A DNA stretch of 64,000 bases, from contig JAFABC010000086.1 in the NCBI GenBank assembly GCA_023426275.1, positions 7,806 through 71,805 of the forward strand, given 5' to 3'. Source of the stretch: Pseudomonadota bacterium. Lineage in GTDB: Bacteria > Desulfobacterota > Desulfovibrionia > Desulfovibrionales > Desulfovibrionaceae. Shown here piece by piece: positions 17,017 to 25,609 of the stretch. Within the stretch, counting starts at the first letter, position 1. Each line of letters starts with the position of its first letter. The position numbers and the translations under genes were made by a program. The notes under the pieces are model-generated. The model did no database searches. It had not been told where the DNA came from and worked only from the letters and a program-made list of their open reading frames with translations.

Positions 17017-19164
17017 ATGTATGGATGGGCTGGAAAGATATTGCGGGTGGATCTGACCAACGGTTCCATCACCACGGAAGAGACCAAGAAGTACCAGAAC
17101 TACACAGGCGGCCTCGGCTTCGGGTACAAGATCATCTTTGACGAGGCGCCCAAGGCGGGCCCCTTTGACCCGGAAAACCGGCTGATCTTCGCCGTGGGTC
17201 CCCTGACCGGCACCATGGCGCCCTCGACCTCGCGGCCGGAAGTTATCAGCATTTCGCCGCATTCCTTCGCGACGAAGTCCAAGCATTCCCTGGCGTCACG
17301 GAGCAACTTTGGCGGCTACTGGGGCGCGGAGCTGAAGTTCGCGGGCTACGACGCGGTCATCGTCCAGGGCAAGTCCCCCAAGCCGGTGTACATCTACATC
17401 AACAACGGCAAGGCGACCATCGAGGACGCCGCGGCAGTGTGGGGCAAGGACGGTCTGGCCGCCCAGGAGGTCATCAAGAAGGAGCAGAAGGACAACGATA
17501 TCCAGATCGCCACCATCGGTCCCGCAGGCGAAAGGATGGTCCGCATCTCGCCCATCATCCACCGCCTCGGCAACGTGGCCAGACAGGGCGGCTTCGGCGC
17601 CGTCATGGGCTCCAAGAACCTCAAGGCCATTGCCGTGCGGGGAACCAACGGCGTCGACGTGGCGGACAAGAAGGGCCTGATCGACTACGTCAAGACTGTC
17701 CGCGAGTTCCAGCCGGCCCCCCTGGGCGCCACCCCGCTGTCCAGCGGTCCCCTGAGCTGGACCGGGAAGCATCTGGATCCCAAAGACATCAACCACCAGG
17801 CCCAGCGCTTCAACCAGACCGAAAGCAATGCGCCCTGGCTGAACAAATACCATCTCAAGACCCAGTCCTGTTACTCCTGTCCCCAGGGCTGCTACACGTA
17901 CATGAAGGTGCCCAAGATGGGGACTGGCGCGGTGAGCTGCACCCAGTGGTTTTACGCCTGGATGGGGAACAAGGACGAGGCCACTTTCCAGGCCAGCCAG
18001 CTGGTCAACAAGCTGGGTCTGGACTCGTTCGAGATGTTCCCCATGATCCAGTTCATCTGGCACCTGCAGGACGAAGAAGTGGATGGCAAGAGCGTGCTCC
18101 GGCACATGTACGACCAGGAGTTGATCAGCAAGAAGAACCTCGATGCCCTGGAGGCCGCCCACTATCCCCGCGATGGCGGGAACCTGGGCTCCGCCGGCCT
18201 GGAGGGCATGTTGTCGGTGATGGCCTATCGTGAGGATTTCATAGGCGACGCCTTGGGCGAGGGGTTCCGCCGGGCCATGGACATCATCTCGGCCGAATTC
18301 GAGAAGCGCAACATGCCCGAGGTCGCCAACGCGGTCATGAAATTCATAAAAATGGAAGGCATCATGGGCGGCGTTGTCGGCGGCAACGGCGGCTGGGGCA
18401 TGTCCGCCCACTACGACCCCAGGACCTTCGGCTACTACTGGGCCGTGAACTTCGCCATGGAGAACTGCGACCCCATGCGCCACTCCATGACCAACCTGAT
18501 CGAATGGACAGGGCTTTCCTTTGAGCAGGCCATGCCCGTGGCCATCAAGCACTGGGGGAAGGAAGTCGCGGAAAACGGGCTGAACGACATCCACCGCAAC
18601 CGCGACATCCCCCTGACCTGGAACGGGGACAAGTCGGCCAAGGCCAACGCCTATCTCAGCCAGTTCATTCATTATCGGGGCTGTATCAAGGACAGCATGA
18701 CGGGCTGTGACTGGGTCTATCCCGTCATGGTCAGCGGCCGCGAAGACCGGGGTTATGCCGGAGACACCTCGGTGGAGTACAGGCTCTTGGAGTTTGTCAC
18801 CGGAGAAAAGATGACCCAGGAGAAGCTCAACGAGCAGGCCGCCAGAACCTGGACGCTGCACCGGCTCCTGACGGTCCTGGAGTGGAACGACGGCAAGCCG
18901 GTGAACATGCGCGAGGAGCACGACCAGATCCCGGACCACTTCTTCGCTCCGGTGGATACCCGGCTTCTGCCCTCCTTCCCCCCGTCCGCCCCGCCGCATC
19001 CGCCCCTGGTTCGCGAGAACTTCGAGGCCACCAAGACAGAGTACTACAAGCTCATGGGGTGGGACGTGGAAACCGGGCTGCCGACCCGCAGCCTGCTCAA
19101 GAAGCTGAACATGGACGACGTGCTCGCCTCCTTCGAGGCCCAGGCGTTTCAGCTACCCGGCTAG
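17017..19164 (+). CDS. Aldehyde:ferredoxin oxidoreductase family W/Mo-bis-pterin enzyme (YdhV-like), copy 1
   Basis: GWAGKILRVDL, GPLTG, ELKFAGYD, GAVMGSKNLKAIAV, CxxCxxxC (CYSCPQGC), distal Cys (MTGCDW), YY.LMGWD..TGLPT. Confidence 0.92.
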   Translation: MYGWAGKILRVDLTNGSITTEETKKYQNYTGGLGFGYKIIFDEAPKAGPFDPENRLIFAVGPLTGTMAPSTSRPEVISISPHSFATKSKHSLASRSNFGGYWGAELKFAGYDAVIVQGKSPKPVYIYINNGKATIEDAAAVWGKDGLAAQEVIKKEQKDNDIQIATIGPAGERMVRISPIIHRLGNVARQGGFGAVMGSKNLKAIAVRGTNGVDVADKKGLIDYVKTVREFQPAPLGATPLSSGPLSWTGKHLDPKDINHQAQRFNQTESNAPWLNKYHLKTQSCYSCPQGCYTYMKVPKMGTGAVSCTQWFYAWMGNKDEATFQASQLVNKLGLDSFEMFPMIQFIWHLQDEEVDGKSVLRHMYDQELISKKNLDALEAAHYPRDGGNLGSAGLEGMLSVMAYREDFIGDALGEGFRRAMDIISAEFEKRNMPEVANAVMKFIKMEGIMGGVVGGNGGWGMSAHYDPRTFGYYWAVNFAMENCDPMRHSMTNLIEWTGLSFEQAMPVAIKHWGKEVAENGLNDIHRNRDIPLTWNGDKSAKANAYLSQFIHYRGCIKDSMTGCDWVYPVMVSGREDRGYAGDTSVEYRLLEFVTGEKMTQEKLNEQAARTWTLHRLLTVLEWNDGKPVNMREEHDQIPDHFFAPVDTRLLPSFPPSAPPHPPLVRENFEATKTEYYKLMGWDVETGLPTRSLLKKLNMDDVLASFEAQAFQLPG

Positions 19165-19212
19165 TCACCAATGGTTCCTGAGCAACTCCTGCGTCCCTCA
19201 AGAACAGTGAAC

Positions 19213-19251
19213 CCCGGCCTCCTGGAGACGCCAGCCCTCCAGGAGGCCGGG
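19213..19251. other. Perfect 15-bp-stem intercistronic hairpin without a U-tract
   Basis: CCCGGCCTCCTGGAG-9 nt-CTCCAGGAGGCCGGG between the AOR and radical SAM genes. Confidence 0.7.
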
Positions 19252-19307
19252 ATCACGCAAAACGCATGGCAGGCCGCGTCGCCGCGGCCCGCGTGCTTGC
19301 TTCCATC

Positions 19308-20711
19308 ATGAAGAAGATCGTGCTCCTGACCCCTCCCGCGGTGCGGCTCATGAATCCGGTCACCTTTCGCGCGGACCTGCTGCCGCAAAAGACCTGGGTT
19401 CCCCTGGGCATCGCCTCCCTGGCCTCGTCCCTGCGGTCCGGCAGCTTCGACGTGGAGTTTTGCGACCTGCACGACGCCGACTGGCCCCTGGTCGAGGCCC
19501 TGCTGTCCGAAAGCGCACCCGGTCTGGTGGGCATCAGCTGCTTCACCTTCGGCCGGGCCAATGCCATGCGTCTGGCCGGGCTGTCCAAGCGCCTCTTCCC
19601 GGAGGTGCCGGTGGTCATGGGCGGCCCCCACGCCACCTTCTTCCCGGACCAGGTGCTCGCGTCCGGCAACGTGGACGTGGTGGTGCTGGGCGAGGGCGAG
19701 ATCACCATCGTGGAACTGGCCAGGCGCCTGGCCCAGGGCCGGGACCTGGACGACGTCCGGGGCCTCGCCTTTCTCAGGAACGGCCACATGCGCCTGACCC
19801 CGGCCCGGGAAAGCGTCACCGACCTGGACGTGTTCCCCTTCCCGGCCTACGACGCCTTCGACCTGGACGAATACAAGTCCCCCGAGATTCCGCCGCAATA
19901 CCTGCCGCTGCCGGGAACCCACGTCATGACGTCCAGGGGCTGCCCGTTTCACTGCGAATTCTGCTCGGTGAACAAATTTTTCAATGGCAAGTGGGCCTTC
20001 CGCTCGCCCGGCAACGTGGCTGACGAACTGGAGCGGCTGGTGGCCGACCGCGGCGTGCGGCACGTCTATTTCTCGGACGACCTGTTCTCCCTGAACCACC
20101 AGCGGACCATCGGCATCTGCCGGGAGATCCTGGACAGGAAGCTGGACCTCGTCTGGATGGCCGAGACCCGGGTGGACTGCGTCAACGAGGAGATGCTGGC
20201 CTGGATGCGCAAGGCCGGCTGCTATCGGGTCTACTACGGCGTGGAGTCCGGCAGCCCGCGCATCCTGAAGTCCATCAACAAAGGCTTCACCACGGAGCAC
20301 GTGCGCCGGGCCTTTCGCATGACGCACCGGGCGGGCATGGAGCCCTGTTGCTTCCTCATGGTCGGCAACCCCGGCGAGACCCCGGACACCATCGACGAGA
20401 CCATCGCGCTCATCCGGGAGATCCGGCCGGCCACGTCCCCCATCGTCGGCATCACCACCATCCTGCCGGGGACCAGGCAGTACGAACTGTCCAAGCGGCA
20501 GGGGCTCATCAGCGACGACTCTTGGCGGTCGGACGCGGCGCCCCCGCTGTACACCGGCGAGTACGATGTGGACGACCTGATCCAGCTGCAGATTCAACTG
20601 ACCAGGGGGATCTGCCCCGAGGTCTACGAGCAGATGTGCGCCATCGGCCTGGACGACGACTATTTCCGCCTGAGACGCATGCTGGGGAACCGGCATGACC
20701 GCAAGGCCTAA
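19308..20711 (+). CDS. Cobalamin-binding radical SAM enzyme (class B methyltransferase-like), copy 1
   Basis: N-terminal B12-binding domain (PLGIASLA...GGPHAT, GEGE), SRGCPFHCEFC CxxxCxxC, GVESGS, VGNPGET. Confidence 0.92.
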   Translation: MKKIVLLTPPAVRLMNPVTFRADLLPQKTWVPLGIASLASSLRSGSFDVEFCDLHDADWPLVEALLSESAPGLVGISCFTFGRANAMRLAGLSKRLFPEVPVVMGGPHATFFPDQVLASGNVDVVVLGEGEITIVELARRLAQGRDLDDVRGLAFLRNGHMRLTPARESVTDLDVFPFPAYDAFDLDEYKSPEIPPQYLPLPGTHVMTSRGCPFHCEFCSVNKFFNGKWAFRSPGNVADELERLVADRGVRHVYFSDDLFSLNHQRTIGICREILDRKLDLVWMAETRVDCVNEEMLAWMRKAGCYRVYYGVESGSPRILKSINKGFTTEHVRRAFRMTHRAGMEPCCFLMVGNPGETPDTIDETIALIREIRPATSPIVGITTILPGTRQYELSKRQGLISDDSWRSDAAPPLYTGEYDVDDLIQLQIQLTRGICPEVYEQMCAIGLDDDYFRLRRMLGNRHDRKA

Positions 20712-20791
20712 GCGGAGGGAGTTGGCGAACCTCCGGAGAACCGCCAGGGGCCGGGCCAGCGTCATTCGAATCGGAAAACGCTCTCCATCAA

Positions 20792-20862
20792 GCAAGAAAA
20801 CCAATGGCTTGCGACTCAAATCGCAGGCCGTTTGCATTTGTCCCGGGACGTTGTCCCACATC
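20792..20862 (+). repeat. Eroded copy of the post-tRNA att-flank/terminator sequence
   Basis: CAAGAAAACCAATGGCTTGCG..TCGCAGGCCGTTTGCATTTGTCCC...TTGTCCCACATC aligns with 6813-6872 and 13316-13350. Confidence 0.6.
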
Positions 20863-21155
20863 CTCCCCGAGAGTGACGACCTTCCGCTGCCCCCTGTTTT
20901 CCAGGTTGAAAAAGCTTCCTTTTCCCGGGCAGTGGTGCATTTTTTTCCGCAACGCCTTGCACCACGGGCCATGCCCGCCCGCAGGAACGATGACAGCGCC
21001 AGTCGCCATCCCTTTTATTCCGACTACCACGATATAAAAAGAGACTCTATAGACGCTATTGGCTGAAGTTACCGTTGTCAACGTGCCGCAATGTTGCCAT
21101 ACCTATAAGCCTTGCAAACACCGAACACTGCGGAGACGCAACCAAGGAGGTCACC

Positions 21156-22133
21156 ATGTTTCGCCTGCTGCTGACGTTGCTTGCCATAGGTGCGCTTGTG
21201 CTGCAGACCCTGGGAGGGGTCTGTCAGGCCGAACCGTCCGGAAAACTCGTTATCTTTCAAGCCGGCTCGCTTTCCGTTCCTTTCGCGGCCATGGAAAAGG
21301 CCTTCGAAGCCAAGTACCCCAAGGTCGATATCCAGCGGGAAGCCGGCGGCTCCACCAAGTTGGCCCGGCTCATCTCCGAAGTGGGAAAACCGGCTGACAT
21401 CATGGCCTCGGCCGACTACGTGGTCATCGACAAGAACCTGATTCCGAAATTCGCCTCCTGGAACGCCCGCTTCGCCTCCAACCAGATGGTGCTCTGCTAT
21501 ACGGACAAGTCCAAGTTCGCCAAAGAGATCAACCAGGACAACTGGTACGAGATCCTGCAGCGCAAGGGCGTGGTCTGGGGGCATTCCGACCCCAACCTGG
21601 ACCCCTGCGGCTATCGCAGCCTCATGGTGATGCAGCTGGCCCAGATTTTTTACAAAAAGCCCGGCCTGTACGACAAACTCCTGGCCAACCGGCCCCAGGA
21701 AAACGTGCGGCCCAAGTCCGTGGAACTCATTTCCCTGCTCGAGTCCGGCAATATGGACTACGCCTGGGAGTACCTGTCCGTGGCCGTGCAGCATAAGCTC
21801 AAGTATGTCACCTTGAACAAGCACATCAATCTCAGCGATTACGCCATGGATTCCTTCTACAAGCAGGCCAGGGTGACGGTTTCCGGGAAAAAGCCGGGAG
21901 AAACCATCGAGCGTATCGGCTCGTCCATCACCTACGGCATCACCATGCTGGACAAGGCCCCGAACAAGGAGGCCGCCGAGGCCTTCCTGCAGTACCTGTT
22001 CGATCCCAAGGGCGGCCTGGAAGTGCTCAAATCCATGGGCCAGCCGCCGTTTGTTCCCGTGATCGTGCCGACCGAGCAGATGCAAAAGAGCATGCCCGCC
22101 GCGTTGCAGCCTTATGTCGCCGTCAAGCAGTAG
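21156..22133 (+). CDS. wtpA: Tungstate/molybdate ABC transporter substrate-binding protein, WtpA type
   Basis: Signal peptide; [36 protein letters not shown] motifs. Confidence 0.85.
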   Translation: MFRLLLTLLAIGALVLQTLGGVCQAEPSGKLVIFQAGSLSVPFAAMEKAFEAKYPKVDIQREAGGSTKLARLISEVGKPADIMASADYVVIDKNLIPKFASWNARFASNQMVLCYTDKSKFAKEINQDNWYEILQRKGVVWGHSDPNLDPCGYRSLMVMQLAQIFYKKPGLYDKLLANRPQENVRPKSVELISLLESGNMDYAWEYLSVAVQHKLKYVTLNKHINLSDYAMDSFYKQARVTVSGKKPGETIERIGSSITYGITMLDKAPNKEAAEAFLQYLFDPKGGLEVLKSMGQPPFVPVIVPTEQMQKSMPAALQPYVAVKQ

Positions 22134-22137
22134 GGAG

Positions 22138-22980
22138 GTGTCGCCAACCGCTCCTCCGGGAGCGGCGATACGGGAAACGCCGGCCAGCCGCCGGCGTTTC
22201 CCGTCGATACCGTTTTACGCCTGGATGCTGACCTCGTCGGCCCTGGTCCTCTTTTTCATCTTCGGTCCCCTGGCCCATGTGGTCCTGTCCCCCGACCCGC
22301 AGATCTTCTGGGAAACCCTGCATGATGCCGATGTCCTGCGTTCCATCTGGCTGTCCCTGTCCGCTTCGGCCGTGGCCGCCGGCATTGCCCTGGTCTTTGG
22401 CACGCCCCTGGCCTATCTCCTGGCCCGCCGGGAATTTCCAGGCAAGCGGCTGGTGGAGAGCTGCATCGACCTGCCCATCATGATTCCCCACCCGGTGGTG
22501 GGCATCGCCCTGCTGTCCATTGCCGGGCGCGGGCACTGGATCGGCGACGCCCTGCACGCCGTTGGCGTGTCCCTGATGGGCAGCGTGACCGGCATCGTGG
22601 CGGTGCTGGTGTTCGTGGGCATGCCGTTTTTCGTCGATACGGTGAAGGCGGGCTTCGAAGGCGTGCCGTCCCGTCTGGAAAACGTGTCCCGGTCCCTGGG
22701 GGCGCCGCCCGGGGCCACGTTTTGGCGCATCACGTTGCCGCTGTCCTGGCGGCATCTGCTGGTGGGGCTGATCCTGTGCATGGCCAGGGCCATCAGCGAG
22801 TTCGGCGCCATCGTCATCGTGGCCTACCATCCCATGGTCGCCCCGGTGCTCATGTACGAGCGGTTCACCGCCTATGGCCTGAAATACTCCCAGCCCGTGG
22901 CCGTGATCCTCATCCTGGTTTCCATGCTGTTTTTTCTGTTTTTGCGGATGGTTTCCCAACCCAGGAGACGGGCGTCGTGA
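22138..22980 (+). CDS. wtpB: Tungstate/molybdate ABC permease (WtpB/ModB); start uncertain
   Basis: IDLPIMIPHPVVGIALL, EAA-like loop SRSLGA, ARAISEFGA. Confidence 0.85.
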   Translation: MSPTAPPGAAIRETPASRRRFPSIPFYAWMLTSSALVLFFIFGPLAHVVLSPDPQIFWETLHDADVLRSIWLSLSASAVAAGIALVFGTPLAYLLARREFPGKRLVESCIDLPIMIPHPVVGIALLSIAGRGHWIGDALHAVGVSLMGSVTGIVAVLVFVGMPFFVDTVKAGFEGVPSRLENVSRSLGAPPGATFWRITLPLSWRHLLVGLILCMARAISEFGAIVIVAYHPMVAPVLMYERFTAYGLKYSQPVAVILILVSMLFFLFLRMVSQPRRRAS

Positions 22981-24056
22981 TCGAGATCAGGGACTTGGGC
23001 CTGGAATTTCCGGGATTCGTTTTCGGACCGGTTTCCCTGCGGGTGGAGGCCGGCTCCTTTTTCGCCATCATGGGCCCGACGGGGTCCGGCAAGACCCTGC
23101 TGCTGGAAAGTCTGGCCGGGCTGCTCAGACCACACCGTGGCGGCATCTTTCTCGGCGGCCGGGACATCACCGGGTTGCCGCCCGAACGGCGGGGCATGGG
23201 GCTGGTCTACCAGGACAACGCCCTGTTTCCCCATATGACGGTGCTGGAAAACATCGTCTACGGCCAACGGTACCACGGCATCGGCGAGGCCGAAGGCGGC
23301 CGCCTTGCCCGGGAGCTGGCCGAGATGTTGCGCATCACCCCGCTGCTGGACCGCAAGCCGGCCGGCTTAAGCGGCGGGGAGAAGCAGCGCACGGCCATTG
23401 CCAGGGCCCTGGCCTGCAAACCGGGCGTGGTGCTCCTGGACGAACCCCTGTCCTCCCTGGACCCCCAGTTCCGGGAAGGCCTGCGCCAGAGCCTGACCCA
23501 GCTGCATCAGGCCACCGGGGCCGTGTTCTTCATGGTCACCCACGACTTCGTGGACGCCCTGACCCTGGCCGATCACGCGGCGGTCATCCACAAAGGACGG
23601 CTGGAACAGACCGGCCCCACCCTGGATATCTTCCAGAAACCGGCCACGGTCTTCATCGCCCGGTTCGTGGGCATGGAAAACATCTTTCCGGCCACCTACG
23701 CCGACGGCCGCTGCCGGTTCGCCGGCTTGTCCCTGCCGCTGGGCCCGGGGCAGGTCCGGCCGGGAGAACGGGGCAACGCCGCCATCCGGCCGGAGGACAT
23801 CGTCATCGCCCCGGGCCGGGACGCGCCCGCGCACTGGGTGCGCCTTGACGGCGAGGTCGTGGCCGTGGACCGGGTCGGGTTCACCTGGACCGCCAGCGTG
23901 CAATGCGGTCAGGCGCGTTTCCTCGCCCGGCTGGAGCACCGGCTGGCCCTTGACGGTCAGGTCCGCCAGGGGACCCGGGTACGGCTTTCCTTCGATCCCG
24001 GGTCGGTCCACCACATGGATATCGAGCCTGACGCCAGCGCAAACGCCGTCCGGTAG
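22977..24056 (+). CDS. wtpC: Tungstate/molybdate ABC ATPase with C-terminal TOBE domain
   Basis: GPTGSGKT, LSGGEKQR, LLDEP; GTG start overlapping the permease stop. Confidence 0.85.
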   Translation: MIEIRDLGLEFPGFVFGPVSLRVEAGSFFAIMGPTGSGKTLLLESLAGLLRPHRGGIFLGGRDITGLPPERRGMGLVYQDNALFPHMTVLENIVYGQRYHGIGEAEGGRLARELAEMLRITPLLDRKPAGLSGGEKQRTAIARALACKPGVVLLDEPLSSLDPQFREGLRQSLTQLHQATGAVFFMVTHDFVDALTLADHAAVIHKGRLEQTGPTLDIFQKPATVFIARFVGMENIFPATYADGRCRFAGLSLPLGPGQVRPGERGNAAIRPEDIVIAPGRDAPAHWVRLDGEVVAVDRVGFTWTASVQCGQARFLARLEHRLALDGQVRQGTRVRLSFDPGSVHHMDIEPDASANAVR

Positions 24057-24075
24057 CGGCGGCCGTCCGCGGGAC

Positions 24076-25473
24076 TTACGCCGCGAAACCGCCCGCACCG
24101 CACAGACGGCGCAGGCGGAAAAAGCTCTCGTCAAACCCCATGGCGCGCAACTGTTCGACCATTTCCGGGCACACCCCCCGGGTGAGCTGGAACTGCAAGG
24201 CAATGAGGTCGTCGGTGTCGCGTTCGCCCGTGTAGAGCGGCGGCGCCGCTTCCGTAAGCCAGAAATCGTCGGTGATCAGCCCCTGGCGCTTGGCGCGTTC
24301 ATAGATCCGCGTGCCGGGCAGGATCGTGGTGATGCCGATGACGGGCATGGTCGCGGGCCGGATGGCCTCGATCAGGGCAATGGTTTCGGCGATGGTCTCC
24401 GGGCTCTCCCCGGGGTTGCCCACCATCAGAAAGCAGCAGGGCTCGATCCCGGCCTTGTGCGTCAGGGCAAAGGCCGTGGCCACCTGCCCCACGGTGAAGC
24501 GCTTGTTGATGGCTTTTAAAATGCGCGGACTGCCCGACTCCACGCCATAGTAGATTCTGTAGCAGCCGGCCTTGCGCATCCAGGTCAGCATCTCCTCGGT
24601 GACGCAGTCCACGCGCGTCTCGGCCATCCAGACGATGTCGATCCGGCGGTCCAGGATTTCGCGGCAGATGCCGATGGTCCGCCGCGGGTCGAGGGTGAAG
24701 AGATCGTCGGAAAAGTAGACGTGGCGCACGCCCGCCTCCCGCACCAGCTGTTCGAGTTCGTCGGCCACGTTGCCCGGCGACCGGAACGACCAATGCCCCT
24801 TGAAGAACTGGTTCACGGAGCAAAAATGGCAGGCGTAGGGGCAACCCCGCGAGGTGAGGACGTGCGTCCCGGGCAGATCGTAATATTGCGCCGGAATTTC
24901 GGGGGATTTGTACTGGGCGAGGTCAAAGCCCTCATATGTGGGAAAGGCCAGGGCGTCCAGGTTGTCGTCCTGCGGGCGCGCCTTGGTGGTGTGGACGGCC
25001 TCGCCCTGGCGGAAGGCGATGCCGGCCACGTCCCGAAGATCGCCGTTTTGGTCCAGACAGGCGGCCAGTTCGACGATGGTCGCCTCGGCCTGCCCCAGGG
25101 CCACGATGTCCACGACGCCGCGACACAGGATCTGCTCCGGAAAAAAGGTCGCATGGGGCCCGCCCATGACCACCACGGCGTCGGGAAGCGCCTGCCGGGC
25201 CATGGCCGCCGTGCGCAGGGCATTGACGCGTTCGAAGGTGAAACAGCTGATACCGACCATGTCGGCCTGCGATGCGGCCAGCAGCGCGCACACCTCCTCC
25301 CAGTCGGCGTCGTGCAGATCGTGCGGCTCGGCCTCGAAGCCGCCCGCCCGCAGGGCGGCCGCAAGCGAGGCGATGCCCAGGGGAACCCAGGATTTGGCCG
25401 GCAAAAGGTCCGGTTCCAGGGTGGCCGGATGCATGAGGCGCATGGCGGGTGGGGTGAGCAGGAGAATTTTCAT
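24076..25473 (-). CDS. Cobalamin-binding radical SAM enzyme, copy 2
   Basis: Close paralog of 19308-20711 (WVPLGIASLA, SRGCPYACHFC, YFSDDLF, WMAETRVD, PPLYTGE). Confidence 0.92.
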   Translation of the reverse strand: MKILLLTPPAMRLMHPATLEPDLLPAKSWVPLGIASLAAALRAGGFEAEPHDLHDADWEEVCALLAASQADMVGISCFTFERVNALRTAAMARQALPDAVVVMGGPHATFFPEQILCRGVVDIVALGQAEATIVELAACLDQNGDLRDVAGIAFRQGEAVHTTKARPQDDNLDALAFPTYEGFDLAQYKSPEIPAQYYDLPGTHVLTSRGCPYACHFCSVNQFFKGHWSFRSPGNVADELEQLVREAGVRHVYFSDDLFTLDPRRTIGICREILDRRIDIVWMAETRVDCVTEEMLTWMRKAGCYRIYYGVESGSPRILKAINKRFTVGQVATAFALTHKAGIEPCCFLMVGNPGESPETIAETIALIEAIRPATMPVIGITTILPGTRIYERAKRQGLITDDFWLTEAAPPLYTGERDTDDLIALQFQLTRGVCPEMVEQLRAMGFDESFFRLRRLCGAGGFAA

Positions 25474-25609
25474 GGTCGTCTCGCCCGGGGCTGCGGCGGC
25501 GGGGAAGCACGGCCCTCCGCCTTGTGTTTGAAACCAGGGCCCCGGGGAGGACATCTCCAGAGCCCTGGTTCACGGCTTTGTCGCAAGGGGGTGAGGGAAC
25601 GGTCACCCC

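Noticed and set aside
19165..19307. Cobalamin or Moco/Wco riboswitch upstream of the radical SAM (or wtpA)
   Set aside because: Only a simple hairpin is visible; I could not identify conserved riboswitch boxes by eye. An Infernal/Rfam scan would settle it.
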